This document shows, one piece after another, positions 8,674 through 18,145 of a stretch of 64,000 nt of DNA. Each line of letters opens with the position of its first letter. The first letter of the stretch is position 1. A program made the translations under genes and the position numbers. The notes under the pieces were generated by a model, which saw nothing but the letters and a program-made list of their open reading frames with translations, was not told where the DNA came from and did not search any database. The DNA comes from Polyangiaceae bacterium. GTDB lineage: Bacteria; Myxococcota_A; Polyangia; Polyangiales; Polyangiaceae. The DNA lies in NCBI GenBank assembly GCA_965222375.1, contig CBDCTZ010000016.1:736001-800000 (forward strand), in the 5' to 3' direction.

Positions 8674-10148
8674 GCGCGCGTCGAGTCGCGAACGCGCGTC
8701 GAGCCACGAAGTCCGCACTCGTCGGCGTGGCGCTCTTCTGCGCGCCGGGCCTGCTTGGGTCCATCGCTCACGCTGCGCCCTTCTCCTACCAACCTCCTGG
8801 TCAACTGGTGCCCGGCTCAGGGACGGGACGCGTGGACAACAAGGTGTACGTGCCGGGCATGCGTTTTCCCATCGAACTCGCGCCGGCCTATCTGAACTCC
8901 CAGGTCTGGGGCGTGGGTGGCTCGCAAGGCCCATCGGGTTCCCAATGCAGCTCGAAGAACTTCTCGTATCCTTGGTGGGACAACTATTGCGAAAAGCGCA
9001 GCTGGAAGATGCCGTTGTGCCCATCGGGGACCGGGCACCAGGGCCAAGACATTCGCGCGTCGAGTTGTGACAAAGGCAAGCATTGGGTCGTCGCCACCGT
9101 GGACGGCAAGATCACCAACATCGGCAGCTACTCGGTGTATCTGACCGCCAACGACGGTACAGTTCATCGCTTCTTGCACATGAGCCACGTGCAAGTGAAG
9201 ACCGGTCAGTCGATCACCAAAGGTACTCGCGTCGGCAAGGTCAGCAATGCTTTTGGCGGCACGCCCACGACCGTGCACCTGCACTTCGATCTGAAACAAT
9301 ACGTGTCAGGCACCGGTAGCGTGTACGTGCCGACGTATATGTCACTGGTCAAGGGGTACGAGGCGTTGATCGGACGCGTGGCACCCACTCTCGACGCAAA
9401 GCTGACGGGCCAGCGCACCGACGCGGTGCCGGATGCGGACGGTCTGGCGGACTATCGAGTCTGCACGGGGCAAGCGGTTCGCATCTGGTTCCAGTTGGAA
9501 AACACGGGTACCGCGAGCTGGACCGACGTGGGCGGTGCGTCCGTCGGGCAAAGCGTGCGGCTTGGTGCACCCTGGGACGTGCCGGATCCCCTCACTGGCC
9601 AAACCCGCTACAGCGTCAACGCCAACTCGAACTCCAAGGTCGTGCCTGCGTCGGCCAGTCCCGCGGGCCCCAACTGCTACGACAAGTCGGGCTGTCGACG
9701 GACCGAATTCGTCCAGGGTGGGATCCTGGGCATCGCGCCAACTTCGCCGGGGATCGTGGAGACCAAGTGGCAGCTGTTGGACGAGGGGCGCGACTGGTTC
9801 GGCCCCACTTTGAGCATGACTTTCAACGTCGTGGAGTGCCCGGGCAGCCCAGATGCCTCGACCTGGTCCGATGGGTCGGTGATTGGAGTGGGCGGCGTCG
9901 GAGGTTTGGGTGGCGCTTGGGGTGCCGGAGGTGTCTTGGCGGGCAGTGGCAGCAGTGGCAACTCTGGCCAGCGTACCCAACTCGTTGGTGAGGGCGAGGA
10001 GGGCTGCGGCTGTCGGATACCGCGGGGCGGCGCGCCCGAGCCACGACGGATGGCAGGCCTAGTGATGCTAGCGGCGTTGCTCCTTCAGCGCCGAAGGCGT
10101 CGACGCCGAGGGAGTTCCGGGGTTGGAGCCGAAGACAGGATCAAATAA
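8670..10148 (+). CDS. M23 family peptidoglycan endopeptidase with Ig-like domain and MYXO-CTERM tail
   Basis: Signal peptide; HQGQD (HxxxD) and HLH zinc motifs; NBR1-Ig-like block (WFQLENTGTASW...TKWQLLDEGRDWFG); GCGCR, TM segment and poly-Arg. Confidence 0.85.
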   Translation: MSARRVANARRATKSALVGVALFCAPGLLGSIAHAAPFSYQPPGQLVPGSGTGRVDNKVYVPGMRFPIELAPAYLNSQVWGVGGSQGPSGSQCSSKNFSYPWWDNYCEKRSWKMPLCPSGTGHQGQDIRASSCDKGKHWVVATVDGKITNIGSYSVYLTANDGTVHRFLHMSHVQVKTGQSITKGTRVGKVSNAFGGTPTTVHLHFDLKQYVSGTGSVYVPTYMSLVKGYEALIGRVAPTLDAKLTGQRTDAVPDADGLADYRVCTGQAVRIWFQLENTGTASWTDVGGASVGQSVRLGAPWDVPDPLTGQTRYSVNANSNSKVVPASASPAGPNCYDKSGCRRTEFVQGGILGIAPTSPGIVETKWQLLDEGRDWFGPTLSMTFNVVECPGSPDASTWSDGSVIGVGGVGGLGGAWGAGGVLAGSGSSGNSGQRTQLVGEGEEGCGCRIPRGGAPEPRRMAGLVMLAALLLQRRRRRRRGSSGVGAEDRIK

Positions 10149-10478
10149 GACTCACGCCACATCGGTGTCGCGAGCTACTTCCAGCTCGTCAGGATTTGCT
10201 CGCGTCGGAAAAGCCGGACCCCAGTGTTCAACGCAACGATGTTGAGCACCGCGAGCGTGCCAAAAGCGAGCAACTGCATCGCAACATCGTCTCGCCCCAG
10301 GACCCGCCGGATTTCCACCCGGGCGTAGTCACGGCGCTGAACAGCTTCCTGCGCTCGGTCAAGCCACGGCGCCGCTAAGTGCTAACCGACGACTTCACGG
10401 CGTGAGTTTGAGCACTTGGCAAGCCATGGTCTTGTAGCAGCGGCGCGGCGGCGGCGGGCAGCGCGAAGCGAAGACACT

Positions 10479-11846
10479 TCAGGGCGAGAGCCGGTAGACG
10501 TATGCCGCCGCGGAACCGCCGTATGGGTTGGCCCCCACGAGAGCCGTAGCGCTGCTCATCGAAACGGACCAACCGAACCAACCGCCTGCGGTGGCGTCGC
10601 TAGCAGTTAGTTTGTGCTGCTCGGTCCAGGTGGTCCCGGAGCGCAAGAACATGTAGGCAGCCCCTGACTCTTTCCCCACCGCATTGTCCTTGAAAGCCCC
10701 CACGACCGCCATGTCCCCGCTCACCGAAACGGATGTGCCGAACCAAGCGTCCCCAGCCGCGTCGCTCGCCGTCAGTTTCTGTTGCTCGCTGAAGCTCATG
10801 TTCGGTCCAGGACGCGTGAACACGTAGGCTGCGCCTGACTTGGCGCCGGCATGGCCGTCGCCGTTGGCGCTCGCGATGATCGTATCTCTACTCAACGACA
10901 CGGATTCGCCAAAAAAGTCGCCCCCCGCGGCGTTCTTGGGCGTCAGCTTTTGCTGCTCAGCCCAAGTGCTGCCTGAGCGGACGAACACATAGACGGCACC
11001 AGGCTTACCGCTCCCGTAGGCATGTCCAGGCGCCCCCACGATCACTGTATCGCCATCTCCGCTCACGGCAACGGACTGACCAAACAACGTCAAACTACCT
11101 CCGTCGCTGGCGCCTAGTTTCTGTTGTTCAGTCCAGGTGGTGCCGGACCGAACGAATACATAGGCCGAGCCGGACTGCCCGCCTGCTTCGTCATCGTTGG
11201 CCACCCCCACGACCACGGTATCACTGCTCACCGCGACGGAATGGCCGAATCCGTCCATCCAGGTTCCGTCCTTGGCCGTCAGTTTTTGTTGCTCCATCCA
11301 CGTGGTGCCAGAGCGACCAAATACGTAAGCTGAACCGGAATCGGTTTGTCCGTCGTCATCGAAGATGGCGCCTACGACTGCCGTATCGCCGTTTACCGCA
11401 ACAGACCAACCGAAACGGTCTTTTTGCTCGGCGTCGCTAGCGGTCAGTTTCTGCTGCTGAATCCAAGTGCTGCCCGAGCGGACGAATACGTAGGCTGCTC
11501 CGTTGAAATCATCCTCGTAGGATCCCACTACAGCCGTATTCCCGCTCACTGCGACGGACGCCAAACTCAGAGCCCCGTTGCCCGGGGTCAACTTCTGTTC
11601 TTCGCTCCAGCTGAAGACCGACCCGCCAGCCCCAACGCCACCACCGGAACCTACACTACCGGCATTGCCCCCGGAGCTGCTACCGCCACTTCCTAGCGCG
11701 CCACTGCCCGCGGCGCCTTCTCCGCCATCCGCTCCGCCTCCGCCGCCGACCTCAGTCCCTCGGTCTTCGGAGTTGCAGGACGCGAGGTGCAGGGCAAACA
11801 GTACAGTCACGACGATCGTGGCTGCGCACGAATGCTTCTTTTCCAA
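10479..11846 (-). CDS. FG-GAP repeat (integrin-alpha-like beta-propeller) lipoprotein
   Basis: Seven repeats of EQQKLTASD...FG.SVAVSGDTAVVGA...GAAYVF; LASC lipobox; Gly-rich linker; GGAGG upstream of TTG 11846. Confidence 0.85.
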   Translation of the reverse strand: MEKKHSCAATIVVTVLFALHLASCNSEDRGTEVGGGGGADGGEGAAGSGALGSGGSSSGGNAGSVGSGGGVGAGGSVFSWSEEQKLTPGNGALSLASVAVSGNTAVVGSYEDDFNGAAYVFVRSGSTWIQQQKLTASDAEQKDRFGWSVAVNGDTAVVGAIFDDDGQTDSGSAYVFGRSGTTWMEQQKLTAKDGTWMDGFGHSVAVSSDTVVVGVANDDEAGGQSGSAYVFVRSGTTWTEQQKLGASDGGSLTLFGQSVAVSGDGDTVIVGAPGHAYGSGKPGAVYVFVRSGSTWAEQQKLTPKNAAGGDFFGESVSLSRDTIIASANGDGHAGAKSGAAYVFTRPGPNMSFSEQQKLTASDAAGDAWFGTSVSVSGDMAVVGAFKDNAVGKESGAAYMFLRSGTTWTEQHKLTASDATAGGWFGWSVSMSSATALVGANPYGGSAAAYVYRLSP

Positions 11847-12242
11847 GTCACCGCCTCCCCTGGAGCACAATACTCAGTGTACCCCATGCCACTATACGAA
11901 AGTAGTGATCCTCCGCCGCGAGAGGGTCGCGACCCCAAGCGAGCCGAATTCGAAGTGTATGCGCCCTGAACGTCCCGCACGTCGGCCACCGAAGCGTTGT
12001 GCTGTTGTTTTGGGTCGCATCGCTGGTGCGAAGTGGGCCACTACTCTCGGGTTGGGCCTCGCACCAAGTTCGTTTCAGCGTTGCAGGTGCAACTCTGAAT
12101 TCGAGCTGTGGAAGGCTCCGCAAACCCACAGCTCGCGACGCGGGAGCGCCTCGAGACTTCGGATCAACAGTCCATTCGTCGCGCCGAGCGCGAGTCGTGT
12201 CCGACTCACCCGGTGACGATGCTGCGAACCAGCCACCTCCCG

Positions 12243-13886
12243 CTACGGGCGACCAGCTCGAGTTGCTTGACGAGACCGACGACCCTGCCGAATCCCACGC
12301 CGTCGCAATCGCGACGCACCCAATGCCAGCAGCCCGGCTCCGAGCCAGGCTAGGGCGCCACCGGAGGTTGGAGCCGTGCGGCAGCCGCAGCCGCCGTCGT
12401 CGTCGGAGTCACTCCCGGTTGAGCCACCGGAGCTGCTGGCACCGGAGCCAGCGTTCGCCCCCGAGCCCGCCGAGCCGCCACTCGCGCCGGAGCCGCCACT
12501 GCCCGCGTCCGGCGGATCGATCACGCCACCGTCGGGCTGCGGGCAGCATCGTGGGCTGGAGAAATCGCGGGGTCCAGTGCAACGCCCGCGTCGATGCAGG
12601 CCGAACCCGCTGCGAGCTGGAAATCGCCGTTGGCCTGGTCGACGAACCCCGGAGCGGTTTCCGTGTCGAGGTTCTTTTGCGCGTTGAGGGTGCCGCCGAA
12701 GCTGTCGTGGCTGTCCTTCCAACCGGAGCTGAGCCAGTTGTTCGACAGGTTGAGCACGCCGTTCTTGGACAGCATCGCCAAGCTCGAACCCGAACCTGTC
12801 ACGTAGATGACGTTGTTGCGGACATCGGCACTCTCTGAGTTGGTCGACAGGCGCAACAGGGTCGTATTGCCGCTTCGTCGCGAAACCACGGTATTGTTGT
12901 GAAAGAACAGGGTGCCCTTGCGGTAGATCGACTCGTCTCCATTATCGCCGCCGTAGTGGACGATCTGGCTGTTGCCGTCGTCGCTCGGCTCGAGCAGCAC
13001 GTTGCCGTAAACGAAGGTCTCGCTGTAGCTCGGTGCGTTGGGCACGCTGGGGTGATCTTCGCCGTCGACCAAGTCGAGCTGCCGATTGCCGCCCTCCAGC
13101 CAGTTGTAACGAATCACCAAGCCGGCGGAGCGGTCTTTCAAGTTGTTGCCGCCACAGCCCTTCCGCAGAGGTCCGTAGCGGTTGTACTGGAAGGTGATGC
13201 CCATCGCCGAGGTGTAGCTGTTGTGTTGGTAGATGCTGCCCTCGACGCCGTTGTCGTAGACGTGGTTGCCTTCGACCAAGATGTTCTGGGTCTCGCCGCC
13301 GAACACGCCGATGAACAGGCCGTTGCCGGAGTCTCGAATGATGTTGTTTCGGATGATCACGTTCTGCGCCTTCTCGATGTAGATCGAGGCGGCGTTGTCG
13401 GAGTAGCTCTGGGTATCACCCGAGCCGCCATGTCCCGTGAAACTGTAGGGCGGGCGACCCGAGCGCACATCCAGGTTTTCGATCACGATGTGTGACGGCA
13501 TCGCGTCTTTGGGCACGTTCGAGCTGCCGATCTTGATCACCCCTCGGGACTCGTTGGTGTAGCTGAGCGCCTCTCGGGTGGTGGCGCCATTGCCGTCGAT
13601 GACCGGCAGCTTGCCGTAGGGGGCGCGTACGCCGCTGATCACGATGGGCTTGTCCTTGGTGCCGCTGCGGCCGATGACCCACTTTTCCTTGTAGGGCGCG
13701 CTGCGCCAATGGATCAGCACGCGGTCACCGGGCGCCAGGGTCTCCCAGGGGACGTCTCCGATCGAGGGTGTGCGTTTTTCCGGGGCCAACCTCGAAATCC
13801 GCGGCGGCGATGCTGCCGGCAGCGAGCGGTACGGCCAGTGCCGGAGCTAGGGAAATGAGTGCGCGACTCTGGATAGGTCTCGTCAT
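12243..13886 (-). pseudogene. Right-handed beta-helix polysaccharide-degrading enzyme with MYXO-CTERM tail, broken by two frameshifts (pseudogene or assembly error)
   Basis: Signal peptide and DFEVGPGKT lie in one frame (start 13886). The catalytic body SIGDVPWE...KDRSAG...CIDAG is ORF 12521..13789. The GCGCR-TM-RRR tail is in ORF 12243..12722. Confidence 0.75.
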
Positions 13887-13897
13887 CACGAGACAGA

Positions 13898-14503
13898 TTA
13901 CGCTCGAACTTTGCGATACGCCATGCCCGCTTGCTGCGCTGCTTCGCCATCCGCGTCTTCGCGATCCCCAATGACCAAGCATTGCTCGGGAGCCACACCG
14001 AGTAGTTCCGCAGTGCGCAGGTAGCCGGCGGGGTGGGGTTTCAGTCGCGGGGGACCCGCGGGCTCGCCGCTTGCCACGATGCAGTCGAAGAGGTCGACCG
14101 CCTCGAGGGCCTCGAGCTTTTCCCGGGCTGGGTAGTCCGTGACACAAGCCGTTTTGCCGCCCGCTCGGCGAAAGGTCCGGATCTCATCGAGCAATGCCTG
14201 GTTTTTGCTTTTCGCCAAGTGCTTGCAGGGTCGCTGCACCATCCACTCGCGAACGATGGCCTCGACCTGCGCCTGGTCACGATTCAGGGCGACGGCGGTG
14301 CGCCGTATTTGCTCCATGAAGGGGCTGTCCACGTCGTGGTCCAGAGTCTCGCGCAACAGCTCGTGCTCTTGCCGGAAGCGCTTGAGCACACCAACCACGC
14401 TCCAGCCACCCAGTGCCAGCTCCACGGCCATTCGAATCTTGATCGGTCGGGCGCGATACAACGTGCCGTCCAGGTCGACCAGCCAAGCGCGATACTCTGT
14501 CAC
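13898..14503 (-). CDS. HAD family hydrolase
   Basis: DLDGTL motif I, KPHP, and IGDREDAD motif IV. Confidence 0.9.
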   Translation of the reverse strand: MTEYRAWLVDLDGTLYRARPIKIRMAVELALGGWSVVGVLKRFRQEHELLRETLDHDVDSPFMEQIRRTAVALNRDQAQVEAIVREWMVQRPCKHLAKSKNQALLDEIRTFRRAGGKTACVTDYPAREKLEALEAVDLFDCIVASGEPAGPPRLKPHPAGYLRTAELLGVAPEQCLVIGDREDADGEAAQQAGMAYRKVRA

Positions 14504-15258
14504 GGGCCTAGCTCCCGGATTGTTGGGAGGGTGAGCCCTAGCCGGTCGGCCTGTGCCAGTGCCCGCTGTCGTCGGCGCGGCGCGCTGCGGCCAGTGCAGG
14601 CATGAAGGGGATCCGCTGCCACGGCCTTTTCGACGCCGGCAAGCAGCGCCTCTCGGTCGAAGGTGTGACCCGTGAGCCCCTGCTGTAGCGCGAGCACTTC
14701 GTCAAAGACCGTCAGGGCGTAGTCTCTGTGGGTGGACAACAGTTCGCCAACGTTGCCGCCGGTTTTCATGCCGGCCAAGTTCACGGTCAAGATGTACAGG
14801 TTCTTCTCGACTAGCGCAGCGACCAGGGCAGTTTCGTCCTGCAGCAGGTTGCACTGAATGCCCACGCTCTCGAGGGCGGCAACGAGTCGCGGCGCCTTCG
14901 GACCGTAGACCGCAGTTGGAAGCAACTCCGTCACGGGCTTGCCACGCTTCTTTTCGAACCACACCACACACACACTCGGATCCAAGATGTTGTGGCTCTG
15001 CCAAGCGTGAGGCAAGAGCTCGTTTTGCATCAGCACGAGGCTCCTGCACCAGGCTGCCGGCATGGAGCTGAGCACTGGCGCAAGATCGTCCTCGCCCACG
15101 GCGACGAGCACGACCGCCGGCTTGGGGTGCTCCTCGGCAACGCGACTCGGGTCATCACCTCGCAGCACCGGCACGACCGCATGGCCACACCGAAGCAGCC
15201 CGTGGGCGAACAGGCCGCCCAGCTCTCCAGCGCCAATGACGATTGCGGTTTCGCTCAT
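14500..15258 (-). CDS. Rossmann-fold protein, ketopantoate-reductase-like; function unknown
   Basis: IVIGAGELG nucleotide-binding motif; LMQNE; KNLYILTVN helix; overlaps the HAD gene by 4 nt. Confidence 0.65.
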   Translation of the reverse strand: MSETAIVIGAGELGGLFAHGLLRCGHAVVPVLRGDDPSRVAEEHPKPAVVLVAVGEDDLAPVLSSMPAAWCRSLVLMQNELLPHAWQSHNILDPSVCVVWFEKKRGKPVTELLPTAVYGPKAPRLVAALESVGIQCNLLQDETALVAALVEKNLYILTVNLAGMKTGGNVGELLSTHRDYALTVFDEVLALQQGLTGHTFDREALLAGVEKAVAADPLHACTGRSAPRRRQRALAQADRLGLTLPTIRELGP

Positions 15259-15491
15259 CGCCGGCAGACTGCCCTAAGCTCGAAAAGATGGGTAGTGGCT
15301 TCAGCTCTGCGACGCGCGGGGCGAGCCGCAAGCCTTCAGACTCAGCCACAAGCACTGCCACGGACCGGAATCCGCGCCACCTGGGACTAGCGTGGAAGGT
15401 CCGTTAGTCGGGACCCATCACTCCGCCCCACTTTCGCGTCCTGAATCTGCGCCAGCTGGTTCCTCGAGGAAAGTCTGATAGGAATGGGAAG

Positions 15492-17105
15492 ATGCTACTG
15501 GGCAGAGCGGACGCGAGCGCTCCTGGCGCGCCCAAGTTGCTGCTGATAAGGGCGCGTATCGACGACCACTATGGCGAGGCGTCAGCTCCAGCCCAAGGGC
15601 TGATGTACCTCGGTGCAGTCGCGCGGACATGCGCCTGGGACACGCGCGCACTCGACACCTACTTGGTGGAGGATCCCGAGGTGGCCATTCGAGTGGCTCT
15701 GAAGCGATTCCCTGCCGACGTGATCGGGATTAGTGCCCTCACTGCCGAAAGCCGCTCAATGCACGCGCTCGCTCGCGTGGTTCGCGCCGCTCGACCTGAA
15801 GCGGTTGTTCTCGCAGGTGGCGCCCACGCGAGCGCGGAACCCGTGCAAACTGCGCTAAACCCCGCGGTTGACGCCGCGGTCATCGGCGAGGGTGAAGAGA
15901 CCCTTCGAGAGATCTTGAAGCGCATTGCCGCCGGAAAACCGTGGAAGGACTCGGCCGGGCTCGCCTTCCGTGGCGAAGATGGCCAAGTTCACCAGACACG
16001 ACCACGCGGCTATCTGGAGGATCTGGACCAGCTCCCCCCACCCGCGTGGGATCTCACTGACATCGATGCCTACAGCCAACGTCGCGGAATGTCACTCGCC
16101 GGCCAACGGCGCTACATGCCGTTGACGACGAGCCGAGGTTGTCCCTACCGTTGCAGCTACTGCCACGACATTCAGGGTAAGCGCTTCCGTGCACATAGCC
16201 CTGAGTACGTGCTTCGTATGATGGACGACCTGCGCAGGGACTACGCTGTGCATGACTTCGACATCACCGACGACATCTTCAACTTCGACGCCGAGCGGAT
16301 GCTGAAGCTGTGCGATGGGATGATCGAGCGTGGCGACATTCGGTTTACCTGTCCCAATGGGATCCGCGCCGACCGCATGACGGTCGAACAAGTCGAGCGC
16401 ATGGCAGATGCTGGCTGCCAATACGTTGCGATTGCGATCGAAACAGCAACCCCTCGGCTTCAGAAGCAAATCCGGAAGCATCTTCGTTTCGACAAGGCCT
16501 TGGTCATCATCGAGGCCTTCAATTGTCGGCAGGTCTTCACGTCAGGGTTCTTCATGATGGGGTTTCCCTCGGAGACAGAGACCGAGCTGAGAGCTACCAT
16601 CGAGTTCGCACTCGAGTCGAAGCTGCACGCCGCCCATTTCTTCGTCGTCACTCCTTTTGGTGGGACGGAAATGCACGAACAAGTCGTGGACACGATGGGC
16701 CAAGAGGCGACGCTGCTCACGGGGAGCGGCATGTTCTTTCGACCTAAACACAACCTCAGTGCCGTGCCAGATCGCCGTTTCTATCGCTTGCGCGGCAGCG
16801 CGTATCTACGATTCTACCTGGACCCGAGGCGAGTCACGCGCATCTACAAGGCCCACCCAAGGCGCAACGATCTGCTTCAATACTTCGGCACGATGCTGCT
16901 GCGAGATGTGCTGCGCATCGAGCCGGGCCGGCCCCTTGGAGTGCTGTCCCGGCTGCGCAAGGCTTTCTCCCGTGCCAAGCGTCCTACTTGGAGTGCACCC
17001 GATGTCCTGCTGTGGAATCCGAACGCCGACGTGATCGATGAGCCGTCGCCAAGTGACGAGCGGCGCCGACTGGCCGTTGCCGGACAGACCACCGCGTCCG
17101 AATGA
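15492..17105 (+). CDS. Cobalamin-dependent (class B) radical SAM protein
   Basis: N-terminal B12-binding domain (GLMYLGAV...LAGGAHAS...IGEGE); TSRGCPYRCSYC; DDIF; FMMGFPSET. Confidence 0.9.
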   Translation: MLLGRADASAPGAPKLLLIRARIDDHYGEASAPAQGLMYLGAVARTCAWDTRALDTYLVEDPEVAIRVALKRFPADVIGISALTAESRSMHALARVVRAARPEAVVLAGGAHASAEPVQTALNPAVDAAVIGEGEETLREILKRIAAGKPWKDSAGLAFRGEDGQVHQTRPRGYLEDLDQLPPPAWDLTDIDAYSQRRGMSLAGQRRYMPLTTSRGCPYRCSYCHDIQGKRFRAHSPEYVLRMMDDLRRDYAVHDFDITDDIFNFDAERMLKLCDGMIERGDIRFTCPNGIRADRMTVEQVERMADAGCQYVAIAIETATPRLQKQIRKHLRFDKALVIIEAFNCRQVFTSGFFMMGFPSETETELRATIEFALESKLHAAHFFVVTPFGGTEMHEQVVDTMGQEATLLTGSGMFFRPKHNLSAVPDRRFYRLRGSAYLRFYLDPRRVTRIYKAHPRRNDLLQYFGTMLLRDVLRIEPGRPLGVLSRLRKAFSRAKRPTWSAPDVLLWNPNADVIDEPSPSDERRRLAVAGQTTASE

Positions 17106-17164
17106 ACGCGACTGGCCAAGGTCGGGCGATGCGCCCGGGCCTGAAACCCAGGGCCGGGTGGGTC

Positions 17165-17602
17165 TCAGGTGCAGACCGACTTGCAGATCGGATCTGTGCA
17201 CTGAGCGAGCGCGTCGAAGGCCGCCTTTCCGGTTGGGTTCTTGTCGATGCAGGCCTGCGCACATACGGTGTCGCCAGGTGTACATTGCCCAGCACATGCC
17301 AGGATGGCAACGCAGCCCGATTCCGCCTGACACGCGGAAGCCTGCGTAGAGCATGGGCCCTGTAACGCATCTGCAAGACATTTTGCACAGGCCGCCGCCG
17401 CGCTTCCGCCCGCACCGCCTGCGCCACCCGTTGCTGAGCCTGCGCTGCCACCAGTTGCCGAGCCTGCGGCGCCGCCGGTTGCCGAACCTGCAGCGCCACC
17501 GGTACCTGTCACGCCACCCGTGCCCTTGCTACCGTCGTCGTCATCGCTTCCGCAAGCCAAGACTAGTAGGGAAGCGCAGACAATGAGGGCCGTGGTACGC
17601 AT
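17165..17602 (-). CDS. Small Gly/Cys-rich lipoprotein
   Basis: GAGGAG RBS; LVLAC lipobox; GGAAGSAT repeats; Cys-rich helical C-terminal domain. Confidence 0.8.
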   Translation of the reverse strand: MRTTALIVCASLLVLACGSDDDDGSKGTGGVTGTGGAAGSATGGAAGSATGGSAGSATGGAGGAGGSAAAACAKCLADALQGPCSTQASACQAESGCVAILACAGQCTPGDTVCAQACIDKNPTGKAAFDALAQCTDPICKSVCT

Positions 17603-17860
17603 GGTTGTCTCCTCTGACTTGAGCCACATGCAAAGTAGCAACCAACCGCGCAGTGAGCAACGGGTCGCGAAACATGCGAACGATCATGCCGAAAGTGAAC
17701 GCCAGAGCTGGAAGGAACCCCTTGTCGGCGGGGGAGATGCGCCGGGACGCATCCCCCTCGACGCAGAGAGGGTGACCAGCGGCAACTGCTCCCAGGCCCG
17801 CCGTGTTTCGACTTTACGCTCCGCACATGCGGAGTACGCTCCGCGCACATGTCGCAGTGG

Positions 17861-18145
17861 ATGCGCGGACCCAAGGGGACTTCACTAGGCGCGGGTCTGG
17901 CGCTGGCGGCAGCGGCCTGCGTGCGGCCGGGGGATGGAGCGGCGCCGGAGCCAGCGGCTGGCGAGTTGACGGAGCCCAGCGCCTCCTCGAAGGCGGAGCC
18001 GTTCGAGCTGAAGTTGCCGCCGGGTGCCGAGCCCAGGGCTGAGGAGCTGGCCGCGGGCTGCATGCAAAAGGACGCCGAAGCCTGCTTGAAATTGGGCGTC
18101 GCCTTTAGGACTTGGGCTCGAGGCTACACGGCCGCGGTTCGGTAG
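17861..18145 (+). pseudogene. Truncated lipoprotein ending in one Sel1-like repeat
   Basis: LAAAAC lipobox; GCMQKDAEACLKLG resembles a Cys-bridged Sel1 repeat; the ORF then ends inside the convergent gene. Confidence 0.45.

Noticed and set aside
10196..10378. 60-aa ORF in the gap after the M23 gene
   Set aside because: TTG start, no RBS and no motif; it cannot be supported as a gene.
15260..17700. RiPP cluster around the radical SAM gene
   Set aside because: No precursor peptide, RRE, SPASM domain, protease or transporter is present; the adjacent Cys-rich ORF is an ordinary lipoprotein on the opposite strand.
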